DNA of 64,000 bases, from the NCBI GenBank assembly GCA_000165425.1, contig CT868040.1, forward strand, positions 124,001 through 188,000, given 5' to 3'. The stretch is from Paramecium tetraurelia. Its lineage: Eukaryota. The position numbers and the translations under genes were made by a program. The notes beneath the pieces are model-generated. The model did no database searches and had not been told where the DNA came from. It worked only from the letters and a program-made list of their open reading frames with translations. Position 1 is the first letter of the stretch. Each line of letters begins with the position of its first letter. Of the stretch, positions 1 through 12,647 are shown piece after piece.

Positions 1-82
1 TAGTAGCATCATTACTATCGTGATGATGTGTGCCATGCCAGAACATTGGTCTTCTTATTACTGCAGACAATCTCTATAACAT
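1..82 (-). CDS. 5' end of a gene running off the window; probable mitochondrial protein (partial)
   Basis: ATG at 82 gives MLQRLSAVIRRPMFWHGTHHHDSNDAT with TAG=Gln; the Arg-rich, acid-free N-terminus resembles a mitochondrial presequence. Confidence 0.55.
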
Positions 83-131
83 AATTAAATTTATATATCA
101 ATTTCAATCCTCAAAATAAGTACTTAAGAAT

Positions 132-655
132 TCAATTTTCCTTCTTTTCTTCGCTCTTCTCCTCCACCTTTGCCTCATCCTTCTTCCCTTCATCTTCTCC
201 CTTCTGACTCTCTCCTTCCTTCTTAATCTTGTCCATGATTTCCTTCTCATTCACATCTCCGAAGTCCTTCATCAACTCGCATTTTGCATTGTGTAGCATC
301 GATTGAAGATAAAATGACCCTCCCTTCACTGGATCATTTTTATGGAACTACCTCCAATAAACCTACAAATTATAATCCTTCCTAATACTCTGATAATTTC
401 TTCAGGGCTTGCCTTCTCCGGAACTAATTGCAATATTTTAAAGGCTTCATCCCTTGTCATAGGTTTATGTGTCAGATTTGCCGCCTGCATCGTTTGATTG
501 AGGAACTCTGTAAATGGATTTCCTGCCTTTCCTCCTTATTCTAATCTAATTGCTAACTTCATACATTTTGCACTCTATTAATAGGCTTTCATAAATGACT
601 TCGCTACAGTGGAACTGACCTCTATTATCAACTTAATTATCAGACGTTTGACCAT
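132..655 (-). CDS. PAM16: Mitochondrial import motor subunit Pam16/Tim16-like J-like protein
   Basis: MVKRLIIKLIIEVSSTVAKSFMKAYQQS...MTRDEAFKILQL...HKNDPVKGGSFYLQSMLHNAK matches the Pam16 signature (MT.EA..IL; N....GGSFYLQS); two tiny introns; TGA at 132-134. Confidence 0.85.
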
Positions 656-1273
656 GAATAAATTATTTGACTTAAAAAGAATTTATGTACTTAATTATAT
701 TCTTAAATCATTTTTCACTTTCTCAAATATACTACTTTGCAATCATCTATTTGGAGTTTCCAATAGGAACTACCTCACCATATTCCCCCCTAAAAGATAC
801 TCAATTATTTCCTCATTTTCATTGCTATTAGAGTTCAATATCGGGTGAGTAAGAATCAATAATTAGATACTTATCAGGTAAAGATTCGTGAGTTGGATTA
901 TTGGAGGAATAAGACATAAAGTAGATAAAGAAATTGAACGTGGTTTTATCAACGGTATTGTTATTCTAAATCAACTGATTGTTTTCACTATTATTTTGAT
1001 AGTTCATGATCCAAATGTCTTATTGTTTCTTATTTTCTACTATTCTTAATGGGAATCTTATCAATAAAATTGAAAAGATTTAAGAATTACATATTTAACT
1101 TTATAGAATTTCTTTAAAATGAAATATTAACTTTTTTTATCTTCCTGTTTAGGAACCCTTAGATTAGTAAAAGGTGGAACAATGACAATATAATATCTAT
1201 CTTTTAAATATTTTTTGGTATTCTGTGTATAACTAATTAAGAAATATCTAGAGAAATATTAATTAATAAAATC

Positions 1274-2292
1274 ATGAATACATCTTTAGAAATGAAACCA
1301 AGATCAATATCTGACTACACCAATAAAAACCCAAAAATAAAAATAATTGAAATGCCAAATAATCAAAATCAAACATATGCTTTTGATGGAAAAAGGGGTG
1401 CAGATAGAAATTATTATGACCCAAAAAAATCAAACTAATCAATAATTTAAAATAATACTAAAGCTCAAATTAAAGTATAGGACTTTGGAACATCAATGAG
1501 TCCTTTTATACAATGTAAGTATCTAGATTAATATTTATAATAGAAAATTTTAGAAACCAAATCCAATCATTTGGCAATTAGTAAATTCCTTGTGTACAGA
1601 AAAACCCATTTAAACCAAATGATATATATGAGAAATAGTATAAAGCATATCCCAAATAAAACATAACTTCGACTATTAGAGAAGAAAAAAGTTAATTCGG
1701 AAACAGTGTTAGAAGTGTTTCAGAATATAAAGCACCAACCCAGAATTAATAGAACAATCAACTTCAATAATATGAAAATAGTAAATTATTTCATTAGAAT
1801 CCTAATGTTAATAAGTTTAATATTTTCTAATCAAATTATATGAAAAAATAAGACTCATAAATAAATAAAGACTCATAAATGAATCAAGAATAATTAGAAG
1901 AAACTAATATTTTTGAGTCTAAAGTTTTTACAAGATAAGTTCAATGCTATACTTGTTTATAAAATATTGATGGAACTTAATATTAATTAAATTGCTAACA
2001 TATTTATCACATAAGTTGTTTGCAGGAATTAATTAGTACACAAATAAAAGGATTTAAATAAAATCCATAGCTTTCATGCATATGTAAATAAAAAATTCAT
2101 AGAATTCCAAAAATTGATGCTGAATTTAATGAAATACATCAAAAAGAATTACTATAAAAATAAATAGAATTCATCTTTTATAAAAATTAATAGATTTTCT
2201 AAACTTGCAATCGCTGTAATTTCTTTTGGATTAACAAATAATCTTAGAAAAATTATAATGCCAAATAGTGTTGTATGTGTGATGAAAAGTGA
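1274..2292 (+). CDS. RING-type zinc finger protein with a C-terminal Cys cluster
   Basis: Low-complexity N-terminus, then CYTC...LNCQHIYHISC...CICK and KQIEFIFYKNQQIFQTCNRCNFFWI...CCMC; TGA at 2290-2292; intron near 1515. Confidence 0.7.
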
Positions 2293-2877
2293 GAAATTTA
2301 ATTTGTTATTGTTAAGCTATTTTACTTATAAATAAACAGTATTTAATATTAATTTATGATGAATATTTTCATCATAAATAAAAGGAAAATAGGTTATAAT
2401 ATAAACTACTATAAAAATATTTATTAATATGGTATTTCAAAATATACTTACTATCTAGTCTACTCAAAATTTATATCGTAATTTATTTGATAAAATATTT
2501 CTAATCTTGCAACTAGTTGAAATCAATCTAGTTTGAAAACCTTAAAGAAATTATTAAAATTTCCTTTAATTTAAATTCAATCTGATTTAAATTAAAATAT
2601 CCTTAATTTTACAATTAATATTTGTTTAAATTTACAATTATCATATCTATTTATTTGGTAAATGAAGATATAAAATTCTAGCTAGTCAAGATCATTATTG
2701 CTAAGGGATTGAAATCAAAATTTTATTCATTTACATATCTTAACAATTACATTTCTTATGTTTGATAAATAAAAAATTATGTTTATTTCATATTTCTATA
2801 AAGATAATTTGAAAATCAAAAAGGTAATAAAATTTGAGATTTAACAGTATATTTAAAATTTTAATAAAACTTATAAT

Positions 2878-3798
2878 TCAGGGGTAATAAATTGATCCAC
2901 ATTTGAAACAACTATCATTAGTTTTTTTATAGATATCAAAAATCCAAAATGTTTAGCACTATTTACATTATTAAAACATCTTCTAATATTTTTGAAATAT
3001 AATTTTTATTTATTTTTGGAATAATTTTTCTCCATTTAATTCTAAATGTTTTATATAGAAGTTTGAATATAATTCTTTTTTGCAGATGCAATAAAATTTT
3101 TATTGATGATCATAATTCAGGAATTATTAATTAAATTATGTATTTAAGCATTTTTTATCAAAGAAATGATTGCACGGAGTTTCAATTATATCAAACCCTC
3201 TGTCTTTACATACATCGCATTGCCTATATTGAAATTAATTTATTTTTAAATTCTTATCTTGTTATATATTTTATTATTTTAATTAGCTCCCTAATGATAA
3301 TGATGAGGTGTATTTTACAGGCTGATATATAGATTAAATTTGCTTAGGTTCTATTACAATTTTATTTTTATCAGCATCTATATATTAACTATTCTCAGCC
3401 TTCTAAAAATTTAAAGATTACTCTAATAAATTCTGTTTCTAATCATAAATAATTTCAGTAATTTTAGGTGCTCTAGTACTAACTGTCTTTGCAGATTGTG
3501 ATTTCATAATTTTGATACTTGATTGTTTAGGAAAATCCATAGTAGATTTAAAAGGCGGATTTTTTAATTCATTAATCAAGGATTCCATAGCATCCATTTT
3601 TTTATTTATATTAGTGAAATTATTTGTCAGACTTTGAGACACATTACATTAATTATCTTTCAGTTCCTCTATTTGTTTATAAAGATTTTTCAGGCTTTGT
3701 AAAACTTGCCCATTCTATCCTACATTATTTTAATTTTATAACTGATACTCTTAATTGGCACTACTTGGTATCCCGAGATATTTTATATTAGATTTCAT
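2878..3798 (-). CDS. RING-type zinc finger protein, paralog of 1274-2292
   Basis: Contains CDVC...TPCNHFFDKKC...CICK and KQIKIIFQKYQKMFQQCKQCQTFWI...CFKC; includes track ORF 3439-3642; the exon junction between the two halves was not resolved. Confidence 0.7.
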
Positions 3799-4067
3799 TA
3801 TCTAATATCAAAATAATTTTTATTATTTAGTAAGCATTCTAATTCTATCATATAAATTTCTTGATAATTGATTAGATTCAATAGGAATAATAGTAAAAAT
3901 GATTTAAAACTGAAAAATAAACTAGAGAATATCCTATTGATTCACTCATAGAATTGGAGAGGATTAATATTTCGATTCAATAAGGAGATATAATGCCATT
4001 TATATAACTAATTACAAATTATTCGAGCAAATGTTATATATTAAATTATTTAAACTAATAAGATTAT

Positions 4068-5550
4068 TCAGAGAAGCTCCATCATCAGTTTAATGAAATC
4101 TTGCTTATTTAACTAAGAATAGATCGAATAATTACTTTTTTTTAATTAAATTTGCTTGCAATTTCATTTTCAATTTTATCTTCATCACAACTTATATATT
4201 TAGAAAATTAAGAGGTAACAACAAATCCTTTCCTTTACAATTCGTAAAATGCAATATTCAAATTGAATTCATTTAACAAAGCTGCTCTATCACAAGAAGT
4301 AAAAATGAATTCATTCATATCTATTTTTCCATTTCCATCAATGTCAATTTAATCAAATATTTCATCTATGTCTTCTTCATATCCTAAGGCATTTTTCAAT
4401 TCCTCCTTTTGTAAGGTTCCATTATGATTGGTATCATTCTTCAAAAATACCCTTTAGATTTGATTTTATCTCTCCTAAAAAAACATCTTATTCATGACTA
4501 ATATTATTTATTATTAAAGATACGAGGCCTTTTTGACCTATATCTTTGAAAATATCGATTCAGCATATTGAGATTAATATTTCTTTATAATTTTTTAGTA
4601 ATTTGAATTTTACTGCAAATTATCATAAATTGAGAGATTTTTTAATTCCAGAAATTAAATTACTAAAAGAAACCAAAAGGAATTTCTATATGATAAATCT
4701 TTTGGTTTCTTTAAAATCATTTCAGTTGTTTATTTAGTTATTTGTTTATTCGTAAGCAATTGAAATAAAATAAGTCCAACTGCCTTCATGTCGTTTAGTT
4801 GATTCCTCTAAACATCCTATTTATCCTTTACTTAAAATACAGGATATATATCAATCAATTTGACATAATGATTATTTGATTAATCTTAGAGAGCAAAGCT
4901 TTGAATGCTTAAATTTCCATGATAATTATTTAAATTATGAATCTCTTTGAGAGTATCTAAAATTTAAGATATAATGTAAATGGCATTGTCCTCTTCAATT
5001 TTACCGCATAAATTGTTAAGCTTACCGCCACTACAGTATTATTGAATCACATAGTAGCATTTAAAATCTTGAAACAGCTCGATTGCGTTATTAAAATGTG
5101 GGGAAGACTTTTGTAATATAAATAGAATTACTAAGTTATTTTCTCGAATATTATTAATGTATTAATCCATGTCATTAATTGATTCGTCTTCTTTTAGAAT
5201 GGTCTTAGCAGTTCTAACCTATCCGGTGACATTATGTTGTATTAAACCTATATTGTCATTATCTGAATAAATTAAATGAGCTTACTTGGATAACCAAAGT
5301 CCTAATTGAGAACGGAATAAGTTTTGGCTAAAGCTTCCTTAAACATCCTTTTGCTAGTTCCGATTGCAATTGGAGTTTTTATGGTCGAGAAATGGTCTTT
5401 TACAATTGTGTTCAAAGTAGGCTATGTTTTAGGTCTTATTGGGGTTTCTTTTCCTTTTGATTTACTTTGAATATTTGTGTCGCTTTAAGTGTGTAACTTC
5501 TTGGCAGCAAAAGATTTCCTTGAATTCCTATTTGACTAGCACAAACCCAT
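4068..5550 (-). CDS. CDPK-like protein: degenerate kinase domain plus EF-hands (probable pseudokinase)
   Basis: MGLC N-terminal acylation motif; kinase-like ELFQDFKCYYVIQQYCSGGKL; catalytic loop YHGNLS; VKLIDIY; EF-hands NDTNHNGTLQKEE and IDIDGNGKIDMNEF. Confidence 0.75.
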
Positions 5551-6400
5551 AATATTATTAATTCAATATATTAAATTTAAGTTGTATTAAATACTGGTAA
5601 CCTTGCGTATCTTAATTTTACAAATAATACTCCTCTCACATGCATTGCATAAATAAAGTGTTAAAAATAAGTCGAACTATAATTTATGAAAAGTGATATT
5701 TGATAAATATAGAAATTCAAATTTGGTAAAAACATAGATGAAATTCTAAAAAATATCAAAAGAAAAATTATGTAGATTTCTCAATTGACATATAGAAATG
5801 GTGTAATTCTACTAATCTATCTAGTACCAAAGTTAATCTGAACCTATAAATGAATTAAAACCTTTAGAACAAGGGATTATAATTATAATTCATTAAAATT
5901 AAGTAAAAAATTCATAATTTAATTATGCTTGTCTATAATAATGAAACTATTTGAGTATATATTTAATTAAAGAGATTTTATTTCAAACAAGATAAAATTT
6001 CCTAAACATTCTTATTTCATCAACCTATAGAGAGGATATCATAAGGCAATTTGTTACTTTCCATCATTATATTAAATAATATAAAAACTTGATATACAAT
6101 TATTTCAAATTTAAACAAAAGCAAATTGTATAATTATCATTCCTCTTTCATATTATGTGCAATATTTAACATATTAGAAAAGAAGAGAGTAGACCATTTA
6201 ATTTTATAATTTACTCCCTATAAATAGATGAACTGATTATAACTTTTAACCTTTATAGTATTTCAGAGTGTTGAGGTGATCAACGGGATGATCTAAATGT
6301 AGAAGAGCTGTTTCTAATGTTACTTAAGTTATAGAGGAAAACGAAAGAAAGTAGCAATTATCTCTTGTTATTGCTAATTAAATATATTAAAATATAATTT

Positions 6401-7297
6401 ATGGGTAGAGACTTCAGAGGAGGAAGAGGCGACACAAGAGGAGGCGGTCGAGGAGGAGACCGAGGCAGAGGAGCCCCAAGAGGTAGGGGTGGTGACAGAG
6501 GAGGCCGAGGAGGTCGAGGAGGCCGAATGGGAGGAGCTCCTAAGGCTTTTGTGGTTCCACATCCAAGATTAGCAGGAGTTTTCGTTGCTAAAGGATAACA
6601 AGAAGCTTTGGTGACAAAGAACATGGTGCCAGGAGAATCAGTGTACAATGAAAAGAGAATTTCAGTGGAAGACAAACAAACTGGAGAGAAAGTCGAATAT
6701 AGAGTTTGGAACCCATTCAGATCAAAGATTGCTGCTGGTATAATTGGTGGTGTTAGTGACATCTTCATAAAGCCAGGTGCCAAAGTATTATATTTGGGAG
6801 CTGCATCAGGAACAACAGTATCCCATGTTTCAGATGTGATAGGAGCAGAAGGTAAGAATTTATGATGATGTCTTTTTAGGCGTGGTTTATGCAGTGGAAT
6901 TCTCTCACAGATCTGGAAGAGATCTAGTAAATATGGCAAAGAAAAGAACAAACATAGTGCCTATCATAGCTGATGCAAGAAAGCCATTGGAGTACAGAAT
7001 GCTCGTAGGAATGGTGGATGTTGTGTTTGCAGATGTTGCACAACCTGATTAGGCCAGAATTGTGGGATTAAATTCACAATATTTCCTTAAAAAGGGAGGT
7101 CATTTCATGATCTCCATCAAAGCCAACTGTATTGATTCTACCAATCGTGCTGAAGTTGTATTTCAACATGAAGTGTAACGTCTTAAGGTATAGATTAATG
7201 TATATTCTAGGATGAAGGACTTACACCTTAAGAATAACTCACTCTAGAACCATATGAAAGAGATCATGCTATTGTAATTGGAGTATATAACGCTTGA
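6401..7297 (+). CDS. NOP1: Fibrillarin, box C/D snoRNP rRNA 2'-O-methyltransferase
   Basis: RGG-rich N-terminus; [56 protein letters not shown]; introns 6852-6879 (28 nt) and 7188-7210 (23 nt); internal TAA read as Gln. Confidence 0.97.
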
Positions 7298-7326
7298 ATA
7301 TTAAAATATAAAGTATATTAAATTTA

Positions 7327-8135
7327 ATGAGTCATTATCAAAATCCAACCTACAATCACGCATAAATGAAAAATCAAGTTGGTGTTTCCAATCTAAAAAT
7401 GCTCGACGGTGAGGACTTAAGTATTAAGTTATGCATATATTCTCTTAGCTGCTGGAGACAGGAGAAAATTGCAGTAACTGTAAATGAAGGACTGGGTATA
7501 ATAATAAACACAAGAGAATCAACAGAAAAAACAATTGAATAAACAGATATAATAATAATACGATCAGCAGACATTATAGATTAATTAGAGTTTAAAGGAG
7601 TTGGAGGAAGAGAAATAGAGGAGGAGAGTCGAAATGGAAATTGCCAATTAACAAATCAATAATCAATTGGCAAAGGAGAAATAGGATAGGGAGGAATATA
7701 TGGCTAGATAGGCTCAACTAGAAAAGAAATAACACGCGGAAGAGATTTTGAACAACGATGTTTGGACTGAGAAGTATTTCTAAAGTCTTATACTAGTACT
7801 GCTACTTGTCAAAGTGCTTTAGCTCCTCATCGAGTGATACCTTATCATTATAAAGGGATGTCAGATTAATAGAGATAAGAAATAAGGAACGACTAGGCTA
7901 AACAGAGAGAATAAAATGAATAAAAAAGATAACAAGAAAAAGAGGATGAAAAGATGTGGGCTCAATATAATGAAGTAACAGTCTGTATTCATATTTAAAG
8001 CATAACCGAAAATAATTAATTATTCAGGAAAGGGAGAAGGCTAGAAAATTGCAAACACTTAGAAATAACCAAAAAGAATTCAACTTATTGTCATAGACCG
8101 AATAGAAACTCAAATTAAAAAATGAATATGCATGA
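7327..8135 (+). CDS. RIB43A: RIB43A-family ciliary microtubule inner protein
   Basis: GVSNLKMLDGEDL...QMKDWVQQQ and WTE..TATCQSALAPHRVIPYHYKGMS motifs match RIB43A/RIBC; Gln-rich coiled coil; three tiny introns. Confidence 0.8.
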
Positions 8136-8289
8136 CAATCCATTATAATAAAAATCTTATTAAGTACTTTAAGCATTCTTTTATATTATTAACCTTCTTT
8201 CATCATACTTCTGCATACTAAGAAGTATTGATAAGTTAAAAATAATGGAATTTAATATGATTTTATTCTAAATGATATTTTGGGATTTA

Positions 8290-8890
8290 TCATTTAACAA
8301 TTCTATCTCTTCTGTATTTGAATGGATATGATGAAATATCCTACAATGGGGAGGCTCTTTCCTCACTTGGATATAGTATGTTTGTGAAAAATCCATGTCT
8401 ATTGTTATAGGCTTCTCTGATTTATCTGTGAATCTCTTATGATGTCCAAGTACGAGGTACTTGCTCATTGAGTGCCTTCATATTCAAACCTACTCTTTTC
8501 TCAATCAAATTCAGCAAACTCAACTTTTCACTAAGAGAGTAATGAGGAATTGTGTTACTTTTGTAAAGAAGTGTAAAATGGATTGAAATGGACCCAACCA
8601 AGCCAAAGTAAACCAGATATTGCTGCAGGAATCAATCTTTAGGCACCTACTGAGTATTTTGTTGCGATATATGGTTATAATGCTCCAGAGTAGTGAAAGA
8701 GTGCATAACATGCAACAGGGAATCCCCAATAGGACCAAGTATTTAATCTATCCCTGAGAAGGAAAGATTTGATATCTTCTGAGAACAATACTCTTTGTTT
8801 GTATGCATTAAGTAGTGTAATGGATTTCTCTTCCTCAGTGTAGAAATGCCAAATTCTCAATTCAAAAGGAGATCTCTAAACTTGAGCCAT
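8290..8890 (-). CDS. Small two-TM membrane protein, possibly mitochondrial inner membrane
   Basis: MAQVQRSPFELRIWHFYTEEEK...WSYWGFPVACYALFHYSG...LIPAAISGLLWLGWVHF...YPFKYRRDRIVK*; one likely intron near 8530-8555. Confidence 0.65.
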
Positions 8891-8945
8891 TTATTTTTAA
8901 TAAAATTAATATTTATATCCACATCGAAAATATTATAATAAGAGT

Positions 8946-9407
8946 TCAAAGCTAATCAATGAAAGTGGATTAGCAAGTCTCTAATGTTCTAATATGATTT
9001 TGAATTAAAATGCAGTTTTTTCTTTTTCTAGTTCTAATGATATTGACAGGCTCAGACGATTGAGGAATTCTTTCTCTAATCATCATGCCTCTCTTAGGCT
9101 CTATGATTAGAATCTTATCACTAAAACTAACCTATTTCCTACCATGTCTTAATCTCTCCTAATTAAGCAAATCCGCCTGGTTATTAAAAGCGAACAAATT
9201 GTTATACCTTAATGAAGATCTCTTTTAATTATTGTTGGTGTAGGATTGTCTTTGCAAGTCCTAGATTGGAATTAGTTTAAGTTTTTGAAATTGTGATGGT
9301 ATGATAATGTTTCTTTAAGAATGATAAAATTCTCTAAAGGTTCTGCAATTCTAAAGGGAGTCATCATTGATTTGAAGTTTTTTGGCTAAATTAAAGGATT
9401 AGAACAT
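8946..9407 (-). CDS. Hypothetical protein with an RVxF-like motif
   Basis: Intronless open frame in the ciliate code, MFQSFNLAKKLQ...RKQVSFSDKILII...STFIDQL*. Confidence 0.55.
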
Positions 9408-9707
9408 AATTAATAAATGATACTAAGAATAAAATAAGTCCTTAAATTTATCAAAGTAATACTATAATACTTTTAAATAATAAATTATGAGAGAAATTTG
9501 TGAAATAATTATTAAATGCCATATTGTATTTACTGAATAACCAATTCATGATAATAATGATAATTAATTAGATTTTGTGCAAATAATATTTAAACATAGA
9601 ATTCTAATATAGTTTAAACTCTCCTATTATATCCTTTCGAATCTTATTATAAGAAGGATCTTAGAGAAAATTATTAAACATTTAAACATATAACATAGTA
9701 TTATCTC

Positions 9708-11361
9708 TCATTATTGCTCAATAGCCCATAGTTCCATATGCATTATTCCAAATTTCTCTTCATTAGTAAATCTTGGGTTCTCAAAAGTGGAACAAGGGTT
9801 AGAATAACCAAATGAAAGACTTTAATCTATAAAGAGACCAAATTTATCTCCACATCCTATTCCTATACCAGATTCATCGCAGAAAATAAAATCTTTATTT
9901 TTTTCAGTCCAAACAAATGTCCTAATTTCATTCTACTTAAATCATATAATTTTAATTATACTTTTGAATCGACATTGAATAAAAAGGTTTCACCATTACC
10001 CTTAAAGCCTTGGAAGTATTTATTAATTTCGCTTGAAATGTATACACCAAAAATATTAAGATCAAAATCTTTGATTATTAATAACATGGGAAATATTTAT
10101 CTAATTTACTGAAGCATGTTATGATAACTGGATCCATCAATATCAATATCGTAAAGCTTATTCCAATTAGCTAATCTATATATAGCCGGTATAGATTAAA
10201 TGACTTATTTGAACGTTGTATTGGTAAAGCAATTGGAGTTTCCTGTCAAAATTGGAACATATTCCAAACTAGCCCATAAATCTATTATTTTTAATAAAAT
10301 TTACTGCCCATACGCTGCCCAATAACATCTGAGATTTCATCTACATCCACATTTAAATTCTATTTTTAAGCAAGATCATAAATGAAATCTACAAATGGTA
10401 AAAGAGTTAATTCTACAGCTGCTGTATAAGTTGAACAGGCTTCAGTGATGAACCTGGCCATTGTAATGCAATTTTCCTTTTTGATTTCTTCAGCATACAA
10501 TTTCCCTTCATAGTCTCTTTCAGCATGCTAATTATATAATATTTAAGTCCCTTACTCTAAAAAACACTGTAGCAATGCTTTATTTTTACTCTTTAAGTTT
10601 GTCTAATTGTTTTCTGTGTTTCTTCTCAAATTTTGGCTTTCCTATCCCTGATAGCATTATTTGCACAATATAGTCTAAATGACCATATTTATTAGGTAAG
10701 ACATAATAAACTGCTTCATTTATATCACTCATTGAGATGCAAGCTTGGAATCTTAATTTCTAATGGTTATCAACTAGATGATCTTATTGAACTGGATTGA
10801 ATAGGATTAAATCAGATGCCAGAGTCAACTATCCTTAGACATTTTATATATTGTTACAATATACTACATCAACTAGTAATAATTATGATCTACATTACAT
10901 CTTAATGAATTAGCCTCAGGGTTCCATAAATATTCTAATTTCTCCCTTTCTTCTTGAATGTGAACAACTGGAAATGTCTTCTCATTTTTCTTGGGTATTC
11001 TTATGAATTAACCTTAGAATATTAAGTCACTTGACAAATTATTGATTCTCATTAGGTAGTCTTCACAAACGTTAAATTTGATTGCCATTCCATATAATGA
11101 ATCATCAGGTTTCACTTCATAATCAATAAGATCTTCTTAAAATTATTACTCTTCTTAGTGTACTGATTGAACCTGCTATTTATTATCATACTCTTCTTCA
11201 ATAATTTTCATTGCTTCTTCATCAATAATTTAAAAATCAATGGGTACTTTATTATCTACTTAAGGTTCTTCCAATTAGAATTGATCAAACTGTTCAAATT
11301 GAATAGTTTGTGAATCTTGTCTCAGCTTCTTTGAGAAGGCATTTTTAAATATATTTAACAT
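9708..11361 (-). CDS. LysM + TLDc domain protein (OXR1/NCOA7-like)
   Basis: LysM: YEVKPDDSLYGMAIKFNVCEDYLMRINNLSSDLIFQGQFIRIP; TLDc: WNKLYDIDIDGSS...FKGNGETF...IGIGCGDKFGLFID...CSTFENP...ELWAI. Confidence 0.88.
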
Positions 11362-11866
11362 TTCAAATAATATCTTAGATGGAGTGGAAATTAATAAACA
11401 TAGTTTTATTCAAATTATTAATTTTATTTCATATTCTTGATTATAAATAAATTATAATAGATGAAATAAGATATAGCAATTAATTATAAGTATCTTGCTT
11501 AATCAAAATTGATATAACAGATATAATATGATCATTCATCAATAATATAATGGACTAATAATAATCAAGTATTTTATTGATCTAAATTTAATCAATTAGA
11601 GTCTTGTTATAACCAAATATAACAAAAATAGTACTCACATTAAAATACTAATGTTCATTGATATAAATTAAAAACCTATAATCAAATTAAGAATATTGGC
11701 AATCAAAAGAAAGCTTCATCTTAGATATATCTTTCTAATTTTTTTTAGAAAAATAGTTGAATATTTATTTTTATACCCATTTAATTGAATCTTTAATGGG
11801 ATAGAGTAAAATATAGAAAATAATTTAATTTAAAAATTAGCTGTTGATTTTAATTATTTTATTTAT

Positions 11867-11876
11867 AAACCCATAA
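11867..11876 (+). promoter_or_regulatory. snRNA-type upstream element (PSE/USE) AAACCCATAA, copy 1
   Basis: Matches the ACCCATA core known upstream of ciliate snRNA genes; begins 59 nt before the structured body, the same spacing as in copy 2. Confidence 0.65.
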
Positions 11877-11925
11877 TTTAGAAATTAATTATTTATTATT
11901 TATAGAGCAAAATATTGGTTACAAA

Positions 11926-12032
11926 ACTTAATCCATCACTGGGTTCAATCAAATTGAAACAAAACCTATCCAAGTTTAAACCTATTTAATAGGTTGCGGG
12001 CGAGGCTCCTATTCCGGAAGCTAAGCTCGTTC
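11926..12032 (+). ncRNA. Candidate structured small ncRNA, copy 1 (snRNA-type promoter; possibly Arisong-like)
   Basis: GC-richer island with hairpins AATCCA/TGGGTT, TTCAAT/ATTGAA, AACCTAT/ATAGGTT and GCGGGC/GCTCGT; ends in GTTC; AAACGAAA at 12044-12051; duplicated at 13061-13165. Confidence 0.6.
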
Positions 12033-12407
12033 TTAAATTAAACAAACGAAATTTATATATATATTCTCTCTTCTGTGATAACTTCAAATAGATCAAATCA
12101 TTTTCTCCACTTAAAGAAACAATAGAACACATGTAATTTTTAGAATATCAAATATTTATTAGAGCAATATTAACAAATTATTTAAAAAATATAATTTCTC
12201 TTTGAAACGAGACTAACTACTCAGTGTTAACGCATGGCATAGCACTCAGTATACACGATATAATTTGTGTATTTGGATAATTGTACATTTATTCTATTAG
12301 TGATTGTTTAAATGATTACTGAATTCTGAGGCCTATTTAAAATTTTATTCTACTCTTCTAAATTTTTGTATTTAAATTAACAGCAACTGCAATTGGTTTT
12401 TAAATAT

Positions 12408-12597
12408 ATTAGAGTTTAAATTTATCTTAAATAAAACTAAACTCAAAATTTGGAATTTTATGATACCGATTCTATGAAGTAATTGCTAATTAATCAAGTT
12501 TATTGGAATAAATTTACAAGTGAATTCTTTACAATTTCAGAAAAACCAAGAAGACACCCGCAAATTCTAGCAGGAAAGTAGTCTTGTTTTTGAATAT
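12408..12597 (+). pseudogene. Degenerate coding-like fragment, duplicated at ~13471-13655
   Basis: ATTAGAGTTTAAATT...TACCGATTCTATGAA...AAAAACCAA..GACAC..GCAAATTCTA..AGGAAAGTAG is shared by both copies, with indels that break the frame. Confidence 0.5.
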
Positions 12598-12647
12598 TAA
12601 AAATGGTTATAAATTATAGCAGATTTTTTTTCTGTTCATTAAACTGT

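Larger units (their letters stand above)
11860..12111 (+). repeat. ~250-bp direct repeat, copy 1 (copy 2 at ~12995-13244)
   Basis: Near-identical sequence from TTTATAAACCCATAATTTAGAAAT to GATCAAATCATTTTCTCCACT at both positions. Confidence 0.95.

Noticed and set aside
660..1270. Coding-looking patches upstream of Pam16
   Set aside because: Could not build a consistent ATG-to-TGA model on either strand; possibly a gene remnant.
5560..6390. Possible gene or snoRNA upstream of fibrillarin
   Set aside because: Only short fragmentary frames and no convincing C/D or H/ACA box arrangement.
6852..6879. ATGATGA (box C-like) inside a fibrillarin intron
   Set aside because: A 28-nt intron is too short for a snoRNA and has no CTGA box D.
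6358..6951. 197-aa Pro-rich minus-strand ORF in the track
   Set aside because: Antisense shadow of the fibrillarin RGG region.
11461..11760. ~100-codon plus-strand frame open in the ciliate code
   Set aside because: With only one stop codon, such AT-rich frames arise by chance; no motif support.
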